This document shows, one piece after another, positions 49,235 to 58,091 of a stretch of DNA of 64,000 bases (its first letter is position 1; every line of letters starts with the position of its first letter). The position numbers and the translations under genes are program-made. The notes under the pieces were generated by a model. It was not told the origin of the DNA and did no database searches. It worked only from the letters and a program-made list of their open reading frames with translations. Origin of the DNA: Calditrichales bacterium (GTDB lineage: Bacteria; Calditrichota; Calditrichia; Calditrichales; J004); the NCBI GenBank assembly GCA_965267575.1, contig OZ254086.1, positions 608,001 to 672,000 on the forward strand, in the 5' to 3' direction.

Positions 49235-49666
49235 TTAATCCGCCGGTTCCTTTGCCAGCAGAAAAGTGCCTGCCTCAAATATATAAAACATCAGCCAAAA
49301 AGCGGAAACACCGCGCAGTTTTTTGTAGCCGGGGGTCAAATCAACCCAGCCGGAGCCTTCCGCGGATGTGGCAAGCACGTAGCCAAAATTGAGCACAGCA
49401 TATACCGCGATAAAGACAATCAAATATTTAAACCATTGCGGCCAGAGACGCCAGGCGATTTTCCAGGGGTTAACGGCAGGTTCACTTTCGGCAAGTTCTT
49501 TAATGCGTTTGCTGCCATCCATCCAGGCCAGCAGCATGGCGATGGTGAGGGGGAAGGAAAGTGCCAAAGGCGGATGATAAAGATCCAAAGCAATCGACAT
49601 ATGAAAAAAAAGGCTGACTGCAGCTAAAACTACAGCCAGCCCCAAAAGCGGGTGTATCGACTTCAT
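49235..49666 (-). CDS. Hypothetical integral membrane protein
   Basis: About 4 hydrophobic segments; start overlaps the stop of the rhodanese gene. Confidence 0.7.
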   Translation of the reverse strand: MKSIHPLLGLAVVLAAVSLFFHMSIALDLYHPPLALSFPLTIAMLLAWMDGSKRIKELAESEPAVNPWKIAWRLWPQWFKYLIVFIAVYAVLNFGYVLATSAEGSGWVDLTPGYKKLRGVSAFWLMFYIFEAGTFLLAKEPAD

Positions 49667-49977
49667 TACCCCTCTTCCACGGGATTTTGGGCTTCATGCC
49701 AATCGATGATCCCTCCGTGCAGGTTCATCAGGTTGCCGTAGCCGTGTGCCGACAATTGCGCCAGCAAATAGGCGCTGCGGCTGCCGCTGCGACAATAAAC
49801 AACGGCATCGGTTTCCTTTGGCAACTCCTGCAGACGGCTGTTCATCTGGCTCATCGGGATAAGCCGCGCGCCGGGGATGCGTACCTGGTCAAACTCCTCC
49901 GGCTCGCGGATGTCGATGAACTCGATACCTTTGTCGAAGGCCTCACGGGCCTGCTCGACACTTATATTTTTAAACAT
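49666..49977 (-). CDS. Rhodanese-like sulfurtransferase
   Basis: IDIREPEEF..RIPGA, active loop YCRSGSRS, NLHGGI. Confidence 0.92.
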   Translation of the reverse strand: MFKNISVEQAREAFDKGIEFIDIREPEEFDQVRIPGARLIPMSQMNSRLQELPKETDAVVYCRSGSRSAYLLAQLSAHGYGNLMNLHGGIIDWHEAQNPVEEG

Positions 49978-50033
49978 ATTTTGCGCTCCACATTTTCTTT
50001 AAACGCTTATTAAATGATAAAGCGCAAAAGAGG

Positions 50034-51410
50034 TTACAAATCTTTAACCTGTTTAACGAGATCGGTAACCATACCCTTGGCGTCGCCAAACAGCATCATC
50101 GTCTTTTCATCATAGAACAGCTCGTTGTCCTCTCCGGCAAAACCGGCAGAAAGGCTACGTTTGATGATCATGACGCGGCGCGCTTTATCCACGTTGAGGA
50201 TCGGCATGCCGTAAAGGGCGCTGCCTTTTTTGTAACGCGCGGCCGGGTTGATAACATCGTTGGCACCGATAACCAGGGCCACGTCGGTCTCCTGGAATTC
50301 ATCATTGATCTCGTCCATCTCTTTCAGCATTTCGTAAGGCACGTTGGCCTCTGCCAGAAGCACGTTCATGTGTCCCGGCATGCGTCCCGCCACCGGGTGG
50401 ATGGCGTAACTGACTTTAACGCCCTGTTTCATCAGCAAGGTGGCCAGTTCCTGCAGCACGTGCTGGGCCTGGGCAACCGCCAGACCGTAACCCGGAACGA
50501 TGATTACCGATTCACTGCCGTCAAATATCATGGCCGCGTCTTCGGCGGTGTAGCGCGTAACGCTGGCTTTATCACGGCCACCGGTGCCTGTGCTGTCATC
50601 GGAGCCAACCGCGCCGAACAGCACGTTGGCCAGCGAGCGGTTCATGGCCACACACATGATGTTGGTCAGGATCAATCCCGACGCACCTACCAGCGCACCG
50701 GCAATAATCAGAATGTTGTTGGACAGCACAAAACCGGTCGCGGCGGCAGCCAAACCGGAGTAGCTGTTAAGCAGTGAAATAACCACCGGCATATCTGCGC
50801 CGCCAATCGGAATAACCGAGGTAACACCCAGGATAGCGGCCAGGACAACGATGGCAATCAACAATTCCTGCTGTGTGGTATCCATGGCAAACAGACCAAT
50901 TAAGGCGGCCATGACAATAACCACCAGCGCGTTAAACACGGTTTGACCCTTAAAGGTAATCGGCGCGCCGCGCATAATGCCCTGCAATTTTGCGAACGCA
51001 ATAATGGAGCCGGTAAAGGTAAGTACACCGATCATCAAACTGAGGCCGGTGGAAACCGATACGTCTGTGCCAAAAATCTGGAAGCCGCCGTTAACATATT
51101 CGGCGTAAGCCACAAAGGCCGAAGCGATACCGCCGAAGCCATTAAATAAAGCAACCATCTGCGGCATATCGGTCATGGCTACTTTTTTGGCAGCAATAGC
51201 ACCTACGCCGGCACCGACAATCAAACCGACAATGATATATGTAAAATCGAGGATCCCCTGGTCGAGCAGGGTAATTACGATGGCCAGCAGCATGGCGATC
51301 ATGGCCAGCAGGTTACCGCGGCGGGCTGTTTTGGGCGAACCCAGGTTTTTAAGCCCAAGGATAAAAAGAATCGCCGCAACGAGATATACGATATTTGTAA
51401 TAGCAGCCAT
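50034..51410 (-). CDS. pntB: NAD(P)+ transhydrogenase beta subunit
   Basis: IGGADMPVVISLLNSYSG, IHPVAGRMPGHMNVLLAEA. Confidence 0.97.
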   Translation of the reverse strand: MAAITNIVYLVAAILFILGLKNLGSPKTARRGNLLAMIAMLLAIVITLLDQGILDFTYIIVGLIVGAGVGAIAAKKVAMTDMPQMVALFNGFGGIASAFVAYAEYVNGGFQIFGTDVSVSTGLSLMIGVLTFTGSIIAFAKLQGIMRGAPITFKGQTVFNALVVIVMAALIGLFAMDTTQQELLIAIVVLAAILGVTSVIPIGGADMPVVISLLNSYSGLAAAATGFVLSNNILIIAGALVGASGLILTNIMCVAMNRSLANVLFGAVGSDDSTGTGGRDKASVTRYTAEDAAMIFDGSESVIIVPGYGLAVAQAQHVLQELATLLMKQGVKVSYAIHPVAGRMPGHMNVLLAEANVPYEMLKEMDEINDEFQETDVALVIGANDVINPAARYKKGSALYGMPILNVDKARRVMIIKRSLSAGFAGEDNELFYDEKTMMLFGDAKGMVTDLVKQVKDL

Positions 51411-51712
51411 TATTTAGCCTCCTTGCCTTTTTCTTTACCCTTAAACATGCCCAGCATGCGGTCCGTAACCATAAAGCCGCCCACCACGTTTATGGTAGCG
51501 GTAATAATGGCCAGCATACCAAGTATTATACCAAGATTTGTTTCACCCATGCCCGTACTCAGCAGCGCACCCACGATTGTAATACCGGAGATGGCGTTGG
51601 AGCCGGACATCAGCGGTGTGTGCAGCAAGGGAGGTACTTTTGTTATCACCTCAAAGCCGACAAAAATGGCCAGAACAAAAATATAAACCGAAACCAGAAT
51701 CATATCATTCAT
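51410..51712 (-). CDS. pntAB: NAD(P)+ transhydrogenase alpha subunit part 2 (membrane)
   Basis: LHTPLMSGSNAISG, GGFMVTDRML. Confidence 0.95.
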   Translation of the reverse strand: MNDMILVSVYIFVLAIFVGFEVITKVPPLLHTPLMSGSNAISGITIVGALLSTGMGETNLGIILGMLAIITATINVVGGFMVTDRMLGMFKGKEKGKEAK

Positions 51713-51768
51713 GACATTTTTCCTTTTGTTTAATCCCGGAATCCATTGGACATATCAGGAATCAGGAG

Positions 51769-52914
51769 TTATTTGACAATATCCGCAACCACTTTATTTA
51801 CGATTTCGCCGTCCTTTACAACACAGGCGCCTTTAGTCACTTCATCATCCCAGGTGACGCCTTCGTTGCCAAAGATATTCTGGAACAGATTGGTAATATT
51901 TTTGGAATACATCTGGCTGGAGTGAACGGGAAGCTTTGTGGCCAGGTTTACCGCGCCAATGACGGTTACACCGTGCTTCTCAACCGTCTTATCTTTTTCC
52001 GTGATAGCGGTGTTGCCGCCCTGTTCCGAGGCGATGTCCACGATGACCGATCCCGGTTTCATCTGTTGCAGCATTTCTTCCGTGATCAGGATGGGCGCTG
52101 CCTTGCCAAATACCTGTGCCGTGGTAATCACCACATCAATTTTGGGCAGGCGCCCGCCGATGGCCTCCTGCTCTTTATTCAGAAATTCATCGCTCATTTC
52201 CTTGGCATAACCGCCTTCGGTTTCGGCGTCTTCGGGCATTTCCATTTCAACAAATCGCGCGCCCAGCGACTCCACCTGTTCTTTAACAGCTGCGCGCGGG
52301 TCGAATGCCTCTACTTTGGCGCCCAGCCTTTTGGAGGTAGCGATGGCCTGCAATCCCGCAACACCGGCGCCCAGCACAAGCACGTTGGCCGGTGAAACGG
52401 TTCCCGCGGCCGTCATCAGCATCGGGAACATCTTTGGCAGGTGGTCCGCTGCGATGAGCACCGCCTTATACCCGGCAATGGTTGCCATGGAGCTTAACGC
52501 ATCCATGCTTTGGGCGCGGGTAATACGCGGCACAAAACCCATATCGAAAGCGGTTACCTTCCGGCCGGTAAGCTTTTTGACATTGTCCGCATTTTGCGTG
52601 GGATGCAAAAATGTAATCAGGATAGCGCCCTCTTTCAGCGCTTCCGCTTCGTGCTTGCCCAGCGTGCTGTTCTCCTGCGGCGGCGCTACTTTCAGCACAA
52701 CGTCACATTCGGCAAAAAGCTTTTTGGCATCGGAGACAATTTCCGCGCCGGCCTTTTTGTACTGGTCGTCGCCGAATCCGGAAGCGACGCCGGCACCGCT
52801 TTCCAGCAGCACCTGGTTGTTGTTCTCTTTGCCTGTTAAAACCTTGATCATGGATGGGACGACGGCAACCCGTGTCTCATTCGGAGCAATCTCGCGAGGT
52901 ATGCCAATCTTCAT
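51769..52914 (-). CDS. pntAA: NAD(P)+ transhydrogenase alpha subunit part 1 (soluble dI)
   Basis: PRITRAQSMDALSS, GAGVAGLQAI, GGYAKE. Confidence 0.96.
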   Translation of the reverse strand: MKIGIPREIAPNETRVAVVPSMIKVLTGKENNNQVLLESGAGVASGFGDDQYKKAGAEIVSDAKKLFAECDVVLKVAPPQENSTLGKHEAEALKEGAILITFLHPTQNADNVKKLTGRKVTAFDMGFVPRITRAQSMDALSSMATIAGYKAVLIAADHLPKMFPMLMTAAGTVSPANVLVLGAGVAGLQAIATSKRLGAKVEAFDPRAAVKEQVESLGARFVEMEMPEDAETEGGYAKEMSDEFLNKEQEAIGGRLPKIDVVITTAQVFGKAAPILITEEMLQQMKPGSVIVDIASEQGGNTAITEKDKTVEKHGVTVIGAVNLATKLPVHSSQMYSKNITNLFQNIFGNEGVTWDDEVTKGACVVKDGEIVNKVVADIVK

Positions 52915-53020
52915 GTGGCCTCCCTTAATACGTCCGTGGTTAAATTAGAGTACACTACAATGCGTAGTTTACGAAACATAAACCGTCATTTTCAAGGAAG
53001 ATTTGATTTCTTTTTAAGAG

Positions 53021-53091
53021 GCAGAATGGAATTGGGCAGAATAGGTATTAAGAATAGTTGAATTATGGAATTATTGAAGCGGTGAGTTTCG
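53021..53091. repeat. Degenerate GAAT-core tandem array
   Basis: gcagaat at 53021 and 53036, then period-8 units gaatagtt gaattatg gaattatt gaagcggt gagtttcg. Confidence 0.55.
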
Positions 53092-53128
53092 TGGGGCGTC
53101 CGAGCTGTCTTGATGGTTTTAGTCGGTG

Positions 53129-53157
53129 GATCCCGGCGCACAGGCCGGGATGACAGG
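53129..53157. repeat. REP-like palindrome, copy 2
   Basis: GATCCCGGCGC-acag-GCCGGGATGACAGG. Confidence 0.85.
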
Positions 53158-53165
53158 TAAGTGCC

Positions 53166-53205
53166 TAAGACGTCCAGACTCCAGGACACCATGACTTCAA
53201 GACCT
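53166..53205. repeat. Octamer array, GAC family (5 units)
   Basis: taagacgt ccagactc caggacac catgactt caagacct. Confidence 0.85.
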
Positions 53206-53210
53206 TATTC

Positions 53211-55169
53211 TTAAACACTGTTCCTGATCGCCTCCACCGTCGCCGGGTTTTCAAGGCTGCTGACATCGCCGGTGGGCTGGCCGAGGTAGGCGGCGCGGAT
53301 AAGGCGGCGCATCACCTTGGCGTTGCGGGTTTTGGGCAGGGCGGTAGTAAAACGTATCTCTTTGGGCTTCAGCGCTTTGCCCAGGCCGTCCGTAACGCGA
53401 TCCATTAATGCCTTGCGCAGGTCTTCCGTAATTTCCACGCCTTCCTTCAGCACGCAAAAGCCCACAACGGCGTTGTCCTTTTTAGGGTCGGGGACGGCTA
53501 TGGCAGCGGATTCCACCACGGAGGGATGGGCGTTCAGCAGCGCTTCCACTTCCGCCGGGCCCAGCCTTTTGCCGGCCACTTTGATCGTGTCATCGCTGCG
53601 GCCCAGGATGTACCACAAGCCGTCCTTGTCGATGGCGGCAAAGTCGCCGTGCAGCCATACGTTGTCAAAACGGCTCCAGTAAGTATCGATGTAGCGCTGC
53701 TCGTCTTTCCAGAAACCGCGGGTCATACCAATCCACGGTTGGCGGATCACCAGCTCGCCGACGGCGCCGCGCAAGGGTTTGCCATTCTCATCCACCACAT
53801 CGGCGGCCATACCCGGCACCGGCCCGGAAAAGGCGCAGGGTTTCAGCGGTTTGAAAAAATTGCCGCAAACAATACCGCCGCTGATCTCCGTACCACCGGA
53901 GTAATTCAAAATAGGCTTGCGCTTTTCCAGCACATTCTCAAACAGCCACATCCACGATTCCGGATCCCAGGGGCTGCCGGTGCTGCCCACCATACGCAGG
54001 CTGCCCAGGTCGTGTTTGCGCAAAATGTCGCTGCCCTTGTCCTTCAACGCGCGTATCAGCGTGGGCGAAACACCGAGATGCGTCACCTTGTGTTTTTCGA
54101 TAAGCTGCCACAGGCGGCTGTGGTGCGGGTGATCCGGAGCGCCGTCATAAAACAGCATCGATGCGCCAATCGACAGCGAGCCGAACACTTCCCACGGCCC
54201 CATCATCCAGCCCATATCGGTCATCCAGTACATCACCTCGCCGCGTTTCAGGTCCATGCAGTGGTACATGTCCTGTGCGCCTTTAATCGGAAATCCGCAG
54301 TGGGTGTGGACGGCGCCCTTGGGCTTGCCGGTGGTGCCGCTGGTATAAATAATCATGCAGACATCTTCGGCGGAGGTTTTCTCCGTTTCGGCCCGGTCGC
54401 TTTGTCCGGGCACCAGCTTATTCCAAAAATGGTCACGGTTATTTGTCATCGGGCAATCTTCACGTCCGGCGCGACGCACAACAACCTGGTGTTTCACTGT
54501 GGGACAATCGGCGAGCGCTTCATCTGCAGTTTCCTTCATCGGCACCAGCTTGCCGCGACGAAAGGCACCGTCGGCGGAGAACAACGCTTTGGCCCCGGCA
54601 TCATTCAGCCGCGTGGCAATCGCCGAGGCGCCATAGCCACTGAAAAGGGGCAAAATGATTCCGCCAATTTTAATAATAGCCAAAAAGGCAATGGCGAGCT
54701 CGGGAATCATCGGCATGTACAAGCCCACCGCGTCGCCTTTTTTCAGGCCCAGTTCACGCAGGGCGTTGGCGCAGCGGCATACATCGCGATGCAATTCACG
54801 GTAAGTCCATGTTTTGCTGTTGCCCTCTTCACTTTCGTAGCGCAGGGCCACGGTATCAGCTACCTCGGTTTGCTGCCATTTGTCCAGAAGGTTGTGCACG
54901 ATGTTCATGCGGCCGCCGACACACCACTCAGGCCGCTGAATGCCAATTTTCAGATCGACGATTTTTTTATAGGGCGTGTAAAATTCGATGTCCAGGTCTT
55001 TCAATGCCGCATCCCAGAACCAGGCGATATCATCGGTGCTGCGGCGCATCAGTTCGTCATAATCCTTTACGCCATTATTTTCCATAAAGCGCTGCAGATT
55101 GCTTTCCACTATCCACCGTTTATTGGGTTGCCACACGATTTTTTGTCCAAATGGAAAATTTTGGGGCAT
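53211..55169 (-). CDS. Acyl-CoA synthetase (acetate/acetoacetate-CoA ligase family)
   Basis: Start set to MPQNFPF (AAGGA RBS); YTSGTTGKPKG, SGGTE, GRSDD, LPKTRNAK. Confidence 0.9.
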   Translation of the reverse strand: MPQNFPFGQKIVWQPNKRWIVESNLQRFMENNGVKDYDELMRRSTDDIAWFWDAALKDLDIEFYTPYKKIVDLKIGIQRPEWCVGGRMNIVHNLLDKWQQTEVADTVALRYESEEGNSKTWTYRELHRDVCRCANALRELGLKKGDAVGLYMPMIPELAIAFLAIIKIGGIILPLFSGYGASAIATRLNDAGAKALFSADGAFRRGKLVPMKETADEALADCPTVKHQVVVRRAGREDCPMTNNRDHFWNKLVPGQSDRAETEKTSAEDVCMIIYTSGTTGKPKGAVHTHCGFPIKGAQDMYHCMDLKRGEVMYWMTDMGWMMGPWEVFGSLSIGASMLFYDGAPDHPHHSRLWQLIEKHKVTHLGVSPTLIRALKDKGSDILRKHDLGSLRMVGSTGSPWDPESWMWLFENVLEKRKPILNYSGGTEISGGIVCGNFFKPLKPCAFSGPVPGMAADVVDENGKPLRGAVGELVIRQPWIGMTRGFWKDEQRYIDTYWSRFDNVWLHGDFAAIDKDGLWYILGRSDDTIKVAGKRLGPAEVEALLNAHPSVVESAAIAVPDPKKDNAVVGFCVLKEGVEITEDLRKALMDRVTDGLGKALKPKEIRFTTALPKTRNAKVMRRLIRAAYLGQPTGDVSSLENPATVEAIRNSV

Positions 55170-55187
55170 GAGTGATCCTTTGTTTTC

Positions 55188-55259
55188 GGTCTGGAAGTCT
55201 CGAGGTCGGGGAGTCCTGAGGTCGAGTAGTACTGAAGTCTTTTTGTCCGCCAGTCGCCA
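55188..55259. repeat. Octamer array, GAC family in inverted (GTC) orientation (9 units)
   Basis: ggtctgga agtctcga ggtcgggg agtcctga ggtcgagt agtactga agtctttt tgtccgcc agtcgcca. Confidence 0.85.
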
Positions 55260-55260
55260 T

Positions 55261-55300
55261 CTCGGCTTCAAAACCACAAGACTTCATGACCTCATGACTT
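55261..55300. repeat. Octamer array, GAC family (5 units, first two degenerate)
   Basis: ctcggctt caaaacca caagactt catgacct catgactt. Confidence 0.75.
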
Positions 55301-55716
55301 TAAACTATTCTTCCGAAATTTTCATAGCTATAATTAGTATCGCTTACAAAATCATTATTTTTTAAATAATTGATCAATCCCAGTATTTTCGTGCTGCATA
55401 ATTCAGCTTTTTCCTTTAGCCGCACAAATTCGTCTTGGCTGATATATTCACAATCCAAAACGATATAAAGAAGACTTCTAAACTCCATAAGGGAACCATC
55501 AGCAATAGTTAAAAACCGTTTAAACTCTTTATCGGAATAACGCCCAAAGCCTTCTCCAATATTGGCCATGACAGATATCGCCGCTCTGCGAACCTGATCG
55601 GATAAAGCAAAATCTGTTTTCAACTTTGTGCTATTGTTAATCGAATAAATATCTTGGACCAACTCTCTTGCGAGTTGCCAGCATTTCAGCTCTTCAAAGT
55701 TTTTAACTGTCGCCAT
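55300..55716 (-). CDS. Four helix bundle protein (23S rRNA IVP / TIGR02436-like family)
   Basis: FEELKCWQ, LSDQVRRAAISVMANIGEGFGR, EFKRFL.IA.GSL.E signature; AT-rich. Confidence 0.92.
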   Translation of the reverse strand: MATVKNFEELKCWQLARELVQDIYSINNSTKLKTDFALSDQVRRAAISVMANIGEGFGRYSDKEFKRFLTIADGSLMEFRSLLYIVLDCEYISQDEFVRLKEKAELCSTKILGLINYLKNNDFVSDTNYSYENFGRIV

Positions 55717-55736
55717 TTAAGACCCCCAAATGTAAT

Positions 55737-55784
55737 CCTGACTGCAAGACTCCAAGACCTCCGGACTTCAAGACTTCTCGACAG
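55737..55784. repeat. Octamer array, GAC family (6 units)
   Basis: cctgactg caagactc caagacct ccggactt caagactt ctcgacag. Confidence 0.88.
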
Positions 55785-55786
55785 TT

Positions 55787-56407
55787 TCACGGCCTATACG
55801 GCTTACGAATCAGCTTAAATCTCTCACCTAATTTCGTGTACTCAGCACCGGCCAGGCGACCGATGGGACGCAGCTTACCAGTATCGATGCGGCCGTTTTC
55901 CAGCAGCTCATCGGCCACATGGAACATGACAATCTCACCGATTACCAGGAAGCCGCCACCGGCCTGGGGCTTACCTATTTCAACGATTTGATACAGCTTG
56001 CACTCAAAATGTATCGGCGACTCTTTGACCAACGGCGCTTTGACGACCTCAGCCTTTACCGGCGTTAAGCCGGATTGCTCAAACTCGTCAATCTCCGGGG
56101 GAAACTCCGTGGCGCAATCGTTCATTGGCTCGGCAATCTCTTCCGTTACGATGTTGACGACGAACTCACCGGTGGCTTCAATATTGCTCAGTGTGTCCTT
56201 ACGTTCACCGTCCGTGCCGCGCCGCGTGGGGCAAAAACAAATCGTCGGCGGATCGGAGGTGATGCCGGTAAAAAAGGAGAAGGGCGCCAGGTTGTATTGC
56301 CCATTTTTGGAAACAGTAGAAACGAAGGCGATCGGTCGCGGCAAAATGCTGCCGATCATCAGTTTATAATTTTCTTTATAGGTTTGTTTTTTGGGATCTA
56401 TTATCAT
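55787..56407 (-). CDS. Flavin reductase-like FMN-binding protein
   Basis: Start set to MIIDPKK; PRPIAFVST, NLAPFSFF, KDTLSNIEATGEFVVN, GRLAG. Confidence 0.88.
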   Translation of the reverse strand: MIIDPKKQTYKENYKLMIGSILPRPIAFVSTVSKNGQYNLAPFSFFTGITSDPPTICFCPTRRGTDGERKDTLSNIEATGEFVVNIVTEEIAEPMNDCATEFPPEIDEFEQSGLTPVKAEVVKAPLVKESPIHFECKLYQIVEIGKPQAGGGFLVIGEIVMFHVADELLENGRIDTGKLRPIGRLAGAEYTKLGERFKLIRKPYRP

Positions 56408-56435
56408 TTTGTGCTTACCATTCAGTTCCACAGAA

Positions 56436-57593
56436 TTAGTCTTCGAGCCAGCTGTAGGGGTAATTTCCATCCTCCACTTCTTCGGCGTCTTTGGCAATAT
56501 TTAAGGGCCGGAATGTATCCAGCATCACCGCGTATTCATCGGTTTCCTTCGCGCCGATGGAGCCTTCATATTTTCCTGGATGCGGCCCGTGCGGCAACCC
56601 CGCGGGGTGTATGGTAATCGAGCCTTCGGAAACGCCTTTGCGGCTCATGAAATCGCCTTCCCAGTAGTAGAGCACCTCTTCGCTGTCCACGTTGCTGTGG
56701 GCGTAGGGCGCGGGGATCGATTTCTCGTGGTAGTCAAACAATCGCGGTACAAAGGAGCAAATGACAAAGCCGGGACCGGCAAAGGTTTGATGCACGGGTG
56801 GCGGCTGGTGAATCTTGCCCGTTATGGGCATAAAATCCCGGATGTTAAAAATCCAGGGATAGTAGAAGCCATCCCAGCCAACGACGTCGCAGGGGTTGTG
56901 GGCCAGCACATATTCCTGGATGCCCCGTTGCACACGCACCATGATGCGGAAGTCGCCTTTTTCATCTTTGGCAGCAGCAAAATCCGGCGTGCGGATATCG
57001 CGCTCGCAAAACGGGGCGTGCTCCATCAACTGGCCGAACTTGTTGAAATAACGCTTGGGCGGCGCCACCGGTCCAAAGGATTCGATGATCAGAAAGCGCG
57101 TGTCGCCGGTCTGGTAATGCAGCTTGTACAACGCCCCGCCGGGGATCATGATGTAGTCGCCTTCATGAAATGGCAACTGCCCGAACTGGCTTTCCAGCAT
57201 ACCCTTGCCTTTGTCCACAAAAATCACCTCGTCGGCGTGGGCGTTGCGGTAATAAAAGTCGGCTTCGTCCGCGGGCCGGCAGGTGGACATAATGACATCC
57301 TTGTTGTAGGCCAGAATGCGGCGCCCGCTGACCCAGTTGCCCTTGGGGTCAAATTTGTGCGTCTCCAAATGACGGTGGCGGTGGGTTTCATCGCTGCCGG
57401 GTAATATATGCACCGGGTGCAGCGGTCCCACTTTTTTCACCCGCGTTGGCGGATAAATATGGTACATATTGGAATAGGTGTCGGAAAAGCCCTCACGGCT
57501 CACCAGCTCTTCATAACGCAGATTATTTTTTTCATCGCGATGCTGCGTATGCCGTTTCTGCGGCACATCGCCCAGTTTTTTGTAGTAAGGCAT
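56436..57593 (-). CDS. hmgA: Homogentisate 1,2-dioxygenase
   Basis: DVVGWDG, HQPPPVHQTF, PYAHSNVDSEEVLYY, PHGPHPG, AVMLDTF. Confidence 0.93.
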   Translation of the reverse strand: MPYYKKLGDVPQKRHTQHRDEKNNLRYEELVSREGFSDTYSNMYHIYPPTRVKKVGPLHPVHILPGSDETHRHRHLETHKFDPKGNWVSGRRILAYNKDVIMSTCRPADEADFYYRNAHADEVIFVDKGKGMLESQFGQLPFHEGDYIMIPGGALYKLHYQTGDTRFLIIESFGPVAPPKRYFNKFGQLMEHAPFCERDIRTPDFAAAKDEKGDFRIMVRVQRGIQEYVLAHNPCDVVGWDGFYYPWIFNIRDFMPITGKIHQPPPVHQTFAGPGFVICSFVPRLFDYHEKSIPAPYAHSNVDSEEVLYYWEGDFMSRKGVSEGSITIHPAGLPHGPHPGKYEGSIGAKETDEYAVMLDTFRPLNIAKDAEEVEDGNYPYSWLED

Positions 57594-57604
57594 GTCCTCT
57601 CCTC

Positions 57605-57640
57605 GTGTTAGGGTACTAGTGTGCTAAAGTGTTAATGTGC
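57605..57640. repeat. Octamer array, GTGTTA family (left arm)
   Basis: gtgttagg gtactagt gtgctaaa gtgttaat gtgc. Confidence 0.85.
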
Positions 57641-57647
57641 GCGGAGA

Positions 57648-58076
57648 TTATTGCAACTCGTTTGCTTCGCTTGCATCATAAAACACTTCAACGTCACTTA
57701 CACCGTCACTTTTACGATTTTTTAAATATTTTAATAGTCCGAGAATACGATTTCGGCAAAGGTCAATTTCATCAGAGAGCGATTCAAAATCGGCATCCGT
57801 TAATATTTTTAAATCTAAAACGATATAGGCCTGGCTTTTTAATTCTGATAATGAACTCTGCGCCATATTGAGGAAGTGAATAAATTCCTTGACGTTGTAG
57901 CGTGCAAAACCCTCCGCGATATTGCTCATAGCGGAAACAGCGGCTCGCCGCATTTGATCCGCCAGTGAATACTTCCTGTCAGTCATTAGTGGTTCAGTGA
58001 TCATGTATATTCGTTTTGTTAAAAACCTACAGCCTTGCCAGGCCTTTAAATCTTCGAAACGCTTAACTATTGCCAA
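57648..58076 (-). CDS. Four helix bundle protein (23S rRNA IVP / TIGR02436-like family)
   Basis: FEDLKAWQ, LADQMRRAAVSAMSNIAEGFAR, EFIHFL. AGGAGG spacing favours the TTG start at 58076 (alternative ATG 58079). AT-rich. Confidence 0.92.
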   Translation of the reverse strand: MAIVKRFEDLKAWQGCRFLTKRIYMITEPLMTDRKYSLADQMRRAAVSAMSNIAEGFARYNVKEFIHFLNMAQSSLSELKSQAYIVLDLKILTDADFESLSDEIDLCRNRILGLLKYLKNRKSDGVSDVEVFYDASEANELQ

Positions 58077-58091
58077 CATAGCCTCCTATAT

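Noticed and set aside
52954-52968. ACTAC-N5-GTAGT palindrome upstream of pntAA as an operator
   Set aside because: Too short to exceed chance and does not match the Rex consensus
52992-53192. 66-aa minus-strand ORF
   Set aside because: Made of repeat arrays and the REP-like hairpin; no protein features
55170-55277. 36-aa N-terminal extension of the acyl-CoA synthetase in the ORF track
   Set aside because: It is read-through of the repeat arrays; the RBS supports the ATG at 55169
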